Assembly: GCA_000437395.1 (NCBI GenBank)
Contig: FR898170.1
Location: 1-51,774, forward strand
Length of the DNA stretch: 51,774 nt
Direction of reading: 5' to 3'
From: Clostridium sp. CAG:288
Lineage (GTDB): Bacteria; Bacillota_I; Bacilli_A; RFN20; CAG-288
A model generated the notes under the pieces. That model was not told the DNA's origin, searched no databases, and worked only from the letters and a program-made list of their open reading frames with translations. The translations under genes were made by a program, and so were the position numbers. The number at the start of each line of letters is the position of its first letter. Within the stretch, counting starts at the first letter, position 1. Positions 46,974 to 51,774 of the stretch are shown here, one piece after another.

Positions 46974-47954
46974 TTACGACTGTATATTCTTAGATGCGGG
47001 TAATAAAATAAATGGTTTCATTTTTAGAAGCTTAACTAATTCATTTAACCAAATATTAATTTTATCTCTATTATCTTTCTTAGAAATCATTTTTAAAAAG
47101 GTATTATATTTATTTTTTAGCGTTGGTCCATCCATTTCTGAAATTGTAGTTTTAATTATATCAAACGAACAAAAAGAATTATTATTATTAAGCTCATATA
47201 TCGTTTTTGTCTCAAAATCATTAATCTTAATATCTTTTCTAGAACAACGAAGTCTTATTTCAGATGATAATAATACCCAAGGCAATCCATTATTATTTAT
47301 TGGTGTTACCTCTTTTACCAATTCATCATTAACATAAATTTCTTCTTTTATTAAATTTGAACCAGTTTCTATATCTTTTATTCCAAGATTTTCGCATGAT
47401 GAATCACTTGAATATGTCGAAATAAATTTAATATTATTCATAGACATATAATAAACAATACCAAATACCTCAGATAATAATGATTCTGGAATATTATTAA
47501 TTGTAACCTTACGATTCCATAATTTTAATTGTTCAACAGAATATAAAGCCCAATAATTATATAAATTAATTGCAAAATATAATTTATAGCCATTTTTATT
47601 AGCCCAATCAACTCTACTTTCAAAATTCCCGTTTGATATGCAATATTCTTCTTTAGTTGTTGACTTAATCTCAACCATTATTTTTTCATCATTTTTTAAT
47701 ATAATGATTGCATCACATGACTTTTCTCCAACATTCGAAGTAAATTCCTCATCTATTGGAATAATTTCTTTGCATGTATTACATATATATAAATTACCAA
47801 TAAATTCATATTCACGCTCAAGGCCTTTTATTCTTCCCTCAAAATTATTAGAATCAACACCTAATCCAGTTAAAATGTTATTAAATTGTTCCGATGTTAT
47901 TTCTTCTTTAAGTGCTTTCAATGCTTTAATTAATTCTATGCTTGGTTCATTCAT
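46974..47954 (-). CDS. PD-(D/E)xK nuclease-fold protein
   Basis: 326 aa; CDAIIILKNDEKIMVEIKST gives D...(E)xK arrangement typical of restriction-endonuclease-like nucleases. Confidence 0.4.
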   Translation of the reverse strand: MNEPSIELIKALKALKEEITSEQFNNILTGLGVDSNNFEGRIKGLEREYEFIGNLYICNTCKEIIPIDEEFTSNVGEKSCDAIIILKNDEKIMVEIKSTTKEEYCISNGNFESRVDWANKNGYKLYFAINLYNYWALYSVEQLKLWNRKVTINNIPESLLSEVFGIVYYMSMNNIKFISTYSSDSSCENLGIKDIETGSNLIKEEIYVNDELVKEVTPINNNGLPWVLLSSEIRLRCSRKDIKINDFETKTIYELNNNNSFCSFDIIKTTISEMDGPTLKNKYNTFLKMISKKDNRDKINIWLNELVKLLKMKPFILLPASKNIQS

Positions 47955-47980
47955 TATGCCACACTCCTACTTTTTATTTT

Positions 47981-48505
47981 CTATTTAAGATTTAATGTAA
48001 TTGTAACAGTATCTTCTTCGCCTAATAACTCAACTAATTCAGTTTTAGTTAAATTAATATGACCTAATTTAGTATAAGACAATGTATTAGATCCATAAAA
48101 AAATACTATTTGGTTAGATTGATATAGACATATATCTCCAGCATTAGTTGTAATACTACTATCATTGGATTTAATAGTGCTCCCTAATGAACCAACCTGT
48201 TCAAATCCACCATATTGATGGAGTTCTATTGTTAATCCATCTTTAGCAAGTTTCTTTAATTCTTTAACTGAATCATTATCCATCCAATAAACATCAACAT
48301 CGCTACTATCTAGGGTTAAAACCAATGTTTTAGATAAATATGATTCATCTTCTTTAGGTTCGTCACTAGGTGATGTATTATCAGAAGGAATTATTGTTGG
48401 TGAGATATCATTGGTTGGTGGTGTTGAAGAATTATCATTTTTGCCACAAGCTGACAACGAGAAGACTAATATTAAAGTTACTAGTAATGTTATTAGTTTT
48501 TTCAT
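47981..48505 (-). CDS. small lipoprotein
   Basis: 174 aa; lipobox FSLSACGKNDNSS; Ser/Thr/Pro-rich linker. Confidence 0.5.
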   Translation of the reverse strand: MKKLITLLVTLILVFSLSACGKNDNSSTPPTNDISPTIIPSDNTSPSDEPKEDESYLSKTLVLTLDSSDVDVYWMDNDSVKELKKLAKDGLTIELHQYGGFEQVGSLGSTIKSNDSSITTNAGDICLYQSNQIVFFYGSNTLSYTKLGHINLTKTELVELLGEEDTVTITLNLK

Positions 48506-48513
48506 ATATTCAC

Positions 48514-49485
48514 CTAATGAGACTTTTTAAATCCTTTTTTAGTATTCGCATCAAAACCTATCTTCCAAAAACCCATATCAAGCATTTTCATTTGAGGATA
48601 AGGCAATCCTTCAACACACATTTTAGCTCTTGTCTCCTCTAATTTACTATAATTAGATTCATAAAAATCAACTAACGCTAATATTGATTTAGTATTAAAT
48701 CTTTTTATGCCTATATTTTCTCTCGATAATCCATCTTTGAAATATCTATCATATGCTGGACAGCATCCTAGAACACCCATTAATACCTTTGTTACTAGTG
48801 TTTCAGAAACATCCTGTAATATTTCTTCTTCCTTTACTTCTTTTCTAATCTTGTCATAATAATTAGAGATAAAATCAACTAGTTCGAATAAAAGATTCAT
48901 AGTATCTTTATTCTTATATTGAAAACATTCAATTCCAAATAGAATGTCATATTTGTGATTTAGAACTTCTTTTATGATAGGAATATGAATTCTATAATCC
49001 TTCTGCAATAAAAATGATGATCCTCTATACATTCCCCAACTTGCTAAATAGAAAGATAAATGTAAACTTAAATAAATATAGTCTGGATTATCATTTTTTC
49101 TTGCATCATGAAACACTTTATAATTATGCTCCCAAGAGCGAAACCTTCCGTATTCATCAACTCTTAATTCATTATAAAAATCAGTTGATGCTGTTATTAT
49201 TTTTTCTATAGTCTCAGGATTGTAAGTTTTTCTATTTAAAGCATCATTATCTATGTTTAATGAAGCCTCTTTACCGTTTAAAATTGAATTTATTTTTCGT
49301 TCTAAATCATTGGTGATTCTATTTTTGAACATATTATCAGTCCAACCATAATCTCGAAGAAATCTTCTACAAATTTCTTTTCTATTATCAATAGGAAGTC
49401 CATCAATTCTTGCAATCATAGGCCCGCCTGTGTATGGATTTATAGAAATATAGTATTCAATTTCATCAACTATAAACTTATTCAT
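48514..49485 (-). CDS. hypothetical protein
   Basis: 323 aa; 8-nt gap to downstream lipoprotein gene and 9-nt gap to upstream DUF3800-like gene (operon). Confidence 0.45.
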   Translation of the reverse strand: MNKFIVDEIEYYISINPYTGGPMIARIDGLPIDNRKEICRRFLRDYGWTDNMFKNRITNDLERKINSILNGKEASLNIDNDALNRKTYNPETIEKIITASTDFYNELRVDEYGRFRSWEHNYKVFHDARKNDNPDYIYLSLHLSFYLASWGMYRGSSFLLQKDYRIHIPIIKEVLNHKYDILFGIECFQYKNKDTMNLLFELVDFISNYYDKIRKEVKEEEILQDVSETLVTKVLMGVLGCCPAYDRYFKDGLSRENIGIKRFNTKSILALVDFYESNYSKLEETRAKMCVEGLPYPQMKMLDMGFWKIGFDANTKKGFKKSH

Positions 49486-49494
49486 AGAAACCTC

Positions 49495-50682
49495 CTATTC
49501 TTCAAGCATTTTTATAAATAAAGTGAATCTAGCTTCGATAAAAAGCGGATTAGTCTTCTTAAACATCATATGAGACACATTATCAGATACAGTCATTAAA
49601 TCTGCAAAAGTTTTTAATGTTTTAAAAGCTTCGCTGTTTTTATCTAATCCTGTAATAAAGGCAAATATAGCCATTTCGTCATTGTGACTCAAAAAATTAT
49701 ATAATCTTGCAACAAAGCCACAAATAACATCACAAATTTGTATCTCTCTACTAGTTTTTGAATCCAAGAAATGAACATCTAATTTATTTTCATAATCATC
49801 ATCAAATTCACCCATTTGTTTAGTAATTGAAGCTTCATTATCAAAATATTTTTTGTCTTTAATTTCAATCATTCTTGAAAGATAATTAGAAAACACATCA
49901 CTTGATATAACATATGGTTCATTATCTTCTAAAAAAATCAAATTTGATTTATCTCTTTTGGCTTTAATAATTTGTCTTAATAATTCTTTTGTAAAATTCT
50001 CAATATCATCTGGATCATACTTTTCATAATTATAAGTATATAAATCTAATACATCTCTAATAAAATTATTTACTTTATTCTTAGGGACATTTGGAAATTC
50101 ATATTTTACTAATAACGCATGTAATTCATCATAATCTTGATATAAAACTTCCGTCATATCACTTTGAAGTTGTTTATAATACATAAGTGCAGCAAATTGA
50201 TTTGCATCATTTTCTTCTATTAGAGAATCTAGAATATCAGTTAACGCAAAGTGCATATAATGTAAAACATCAAAATGAATTAAAATATTGTTATTAAGAA
50301 GATATTCAAAAAACTTTCTCAATCTTGATTGATTAATTGCCTCTAAGAAATTATTATGCTTAAAAGCAAAGAAATTAAACTTAGCATCAACTGGGGTTTG
50401 TCTTGCTCCAACATATTTTAATAAATCATTAAAATCTAGTGTATTTTTTATTGCAATCCCACCAAGAACAAAATATAAGTTTTCTAAGTCTGCATTATTG
50501 TCTTTATCATAGCCTATAATCCCTTTTTTTATATTATTGCTCTCATCAAAATAAAAAATGTGGTTTATATTTAATGATGGAATATTCAGCTTTTCAATAT
50601 TTTCTTTATATGAATTTATGAAATCATCTAATTTAGTCATTGAAAGAATCACCTCTTTCTTTAAGGCTAAACTCTTTATCAC
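49495..50682 (-). CDS. DUF3800-like protein
   Basis: 395 aa; N-terminal IFYFDESNN...LYFVLGGIAI matches the DESG + FVLGG start of DUF3800. Confidence 0.4.
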   Translation of the reverse strand: MIKSLALKKEVILSMTKLDDFINSYKENIEKLNIPSLNINHIFYFDESNNIKKGIIGYDKDNNADLENLYFVLGGIAIKNTLDFNDLLKYVGARQTPVDAKFNFFAFKHNNFLEAINQSRLRKFFEYLLNNNILIHFDVLHYMHFALTDILDSLIEENDANQFAALMYYKQLQSDMTEVLYQDYDELHALLVKYEFPNVPKNKVNNFIRDVLDLYTYNYEKYDPDDIENFTKELLRQIIKAKRDKSNLIFLEDNEPYVISSDVFSNYLSRMIEIKDKKYFDNEASITKQMGEFDDDYENKLDVHFLDSKTSREIQICDVICGFVARLYNFLSHNDEMAIFAFITGLDKNSEAFKTLKTFADLMTVSDNVSHMMFKKTNPLFIEARFTLFIKMLEE

Positions 50683-50770
50683 TTTCAGTAAGTTTAATAA
50701 TTTCTATATTTTTTTCATTAGCTATTCTAAACAGCTCTTCGTATTCATTAGATTTTGTATCAACCTTACA

Positions 50771-51592
50771 TCATACATAAATCTTTGTAATTTTAGTAGG
50801 CATTGTATATAGACTCAATTCTTCTAATTTAGAAACTCCATCATTACTTGGGGATAAGATACATCTAACCTCTACTTCATATTGCCAATCTAATGACTTA
50901 ACAATAAATGGTTTAGATATACATCTTATTAGTCCTTTATCATTAACATCAGCTTCTTCGTTTGATAGCATATATCCAAGCACTCTTCTTGTAGTATCTT
51001 CTAAATCGAATTTGCATCTTTTCTTAGAATACTTAACATCAAGAAGCTCCTTATCAGGTCTATCAAATTCAATACATATGCCTTTATGTTTGTCTCCATA
51101 ATGTAACCACATTAGAATGGAATCATATCGTTTACTAAAGCATGAAATTAAAGCGTTATTTCGCACTTCTTTTACTTTTTGAATAATTTCACTAGTAAAT
51201 TTCTCTTTCAATTCATCAAAAGAATTTTCACCATTTTTAGCAGCATATCTAACTATCCATCTAGTTAATGTTTGAGCACCAGGAATAGAGTCATAATACT
51301 TATTCTTTTTTGATAATTTCAAATTAAGATTAATACCAAATCTATCCCACTTCATAATAAGCTTTGTTAAAAAGCCAATTTTAATATTCTTATTATTTAA
51401 CAACTTCAAAAATACTTGAATTAAATAGTACTCAACTACTATAGAAATTGATTTTTCAATATCGGTATCATCAAAATCTATAACACTATCAAAAGGATCA
51501 TTATAGTTTTGTGGGTTATTAAGTGCAACAGCATTACTTTCTAATATCTTAATTGCACTTTTTAATGATATATACTTGTATATTTTTTCCAC
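50771..51592 (-). CDS. DUF2971-like protein
   Basis: 273 aa; N-terminal IYKYISLKSAIKILESNAVALNNPQNYNDPFD matches DUF2971 signature LYKY.s...al.iL.n..l.fs.p..fNDPfE. Confidence 0.45.
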   Translation of the reverse strand: MEKIYKYISLKSAIKILESNAVALNNPQNYNDPFDSVIDFDDTDIEKSISIVVEYYLIQVFLKLLNNKNIKIGFLTKLIMKWDRFGINLNLKLSKKNKYYDSIPGAQTLTRWIVRYAAKNGENSFDELKEKFTSEIIQKVKEVRNNALISCFSKRYDSILMWLHYGDKHKGICIEFDRPDKELLDVKYSKKRCKFDLEDTTRRVLGYMLSNEEADVNDKGLIRCISKPFIVKSLDWQYEVEVRCILSPSNDGVSKLEELSLYTMPTKITKIYV

Positions 51593-51774
51593 ACTAAATG
51601 ACTCCTTTCTTTTGCTTTGGAATTATTTTAATCATTTCTCTATAAAATTAACAAAAAAAGAAATAAAAAACGTTACACATATTATATCACAATTCCATTA
51701 TAACTTCTTCTATTTAGAAGAAAAAACTTACTATAATTGTTATTATGAGAAGGTTGGCCAGACCATCAAAACAA

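Noticed and set aside
38577-50812. Small ORFs 38577..38798, 41827..42012, 42878..43075, 43805..44077, 44646..44852, 44767..44973, 45702..46007, 47638..47988, 48370..48642, 49014..49211, 50558..50812
   Set aside because: Nested or antisense to longer ORFs or in AT-rich spacers with hydrophobic low-complexity translations; not supported as genes.
1-51774. Alternative genetic code (TGA=Trp, Mycoplasma/Spiroplasma code 4)
   Set aside because: Very long ORFs (up to 868 aa) are intact under the standard code, Trp positions use TGG, and stops are mainly TAA; no need to invoke TGA read-through.

Overview
AT-rich (about 25-35% GC) window from a low-GC Gram-positive or wall-less bacterium (Firmicutes/Mollicutes-like). 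It uses the standard genetic code: long uninterrupted ORFs, TGG used for Trp, TAA stops dominant. Numerous lipoproteins carry Ser/Thr-rich linkers behind LxxC lipoboxes. Positions 1-9.2 kb hold a conventional sugar-uptake operon on the + strand: lipoprotein solute-binding protein, two permeases, two large surface lipoproteins (one with 4 tandem ~125-aa domain repeats) and a MalK/MsmK-type ATPase. Positions 9.3-17.2 kb hold a resolvase-derived HTH protein and three large divergently oriented surface lipoprotein genes. From ~17.3 kb to the end of the window, GC content drops and the content becomes a dense accessory/defense island. It contains a WYL-regulator-like gene heading an operon that encodes an ADP-ribosylglycohydrolase and two unknown proteins. 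It also contains a Type III restriction-modification (mod-res) pair with a MazG-like NTPase and a zinc-ribbon gene, a serine recombinase, an AAA ATPase + DUF4276/RloB-like two-gene module, a sirtuin, an SPFH protein, an HTH-ImmA/PIN pair, a mini-RNase III-like gene, DUF4238-, HEPN/Abi_2-, nucleotidyltransferase-, PD-(D/E)xK-, DUF3800- and DUF2971-like genes, and decayed gene fragments (helicase C-terminus, transposase-like HTH). Two non-coding signals stand out. An isolated tRNA 3'-end fragment (T-arm + acceptor strand, no 5' half) at ~31.57 kb looks like an integrase att remnant. A family of four ~75-95 bp direct repeats between 34.0 and 39.4 kb punctuates small gene modules. Functional calls rest on motif recognition by eye; no database searches were run.
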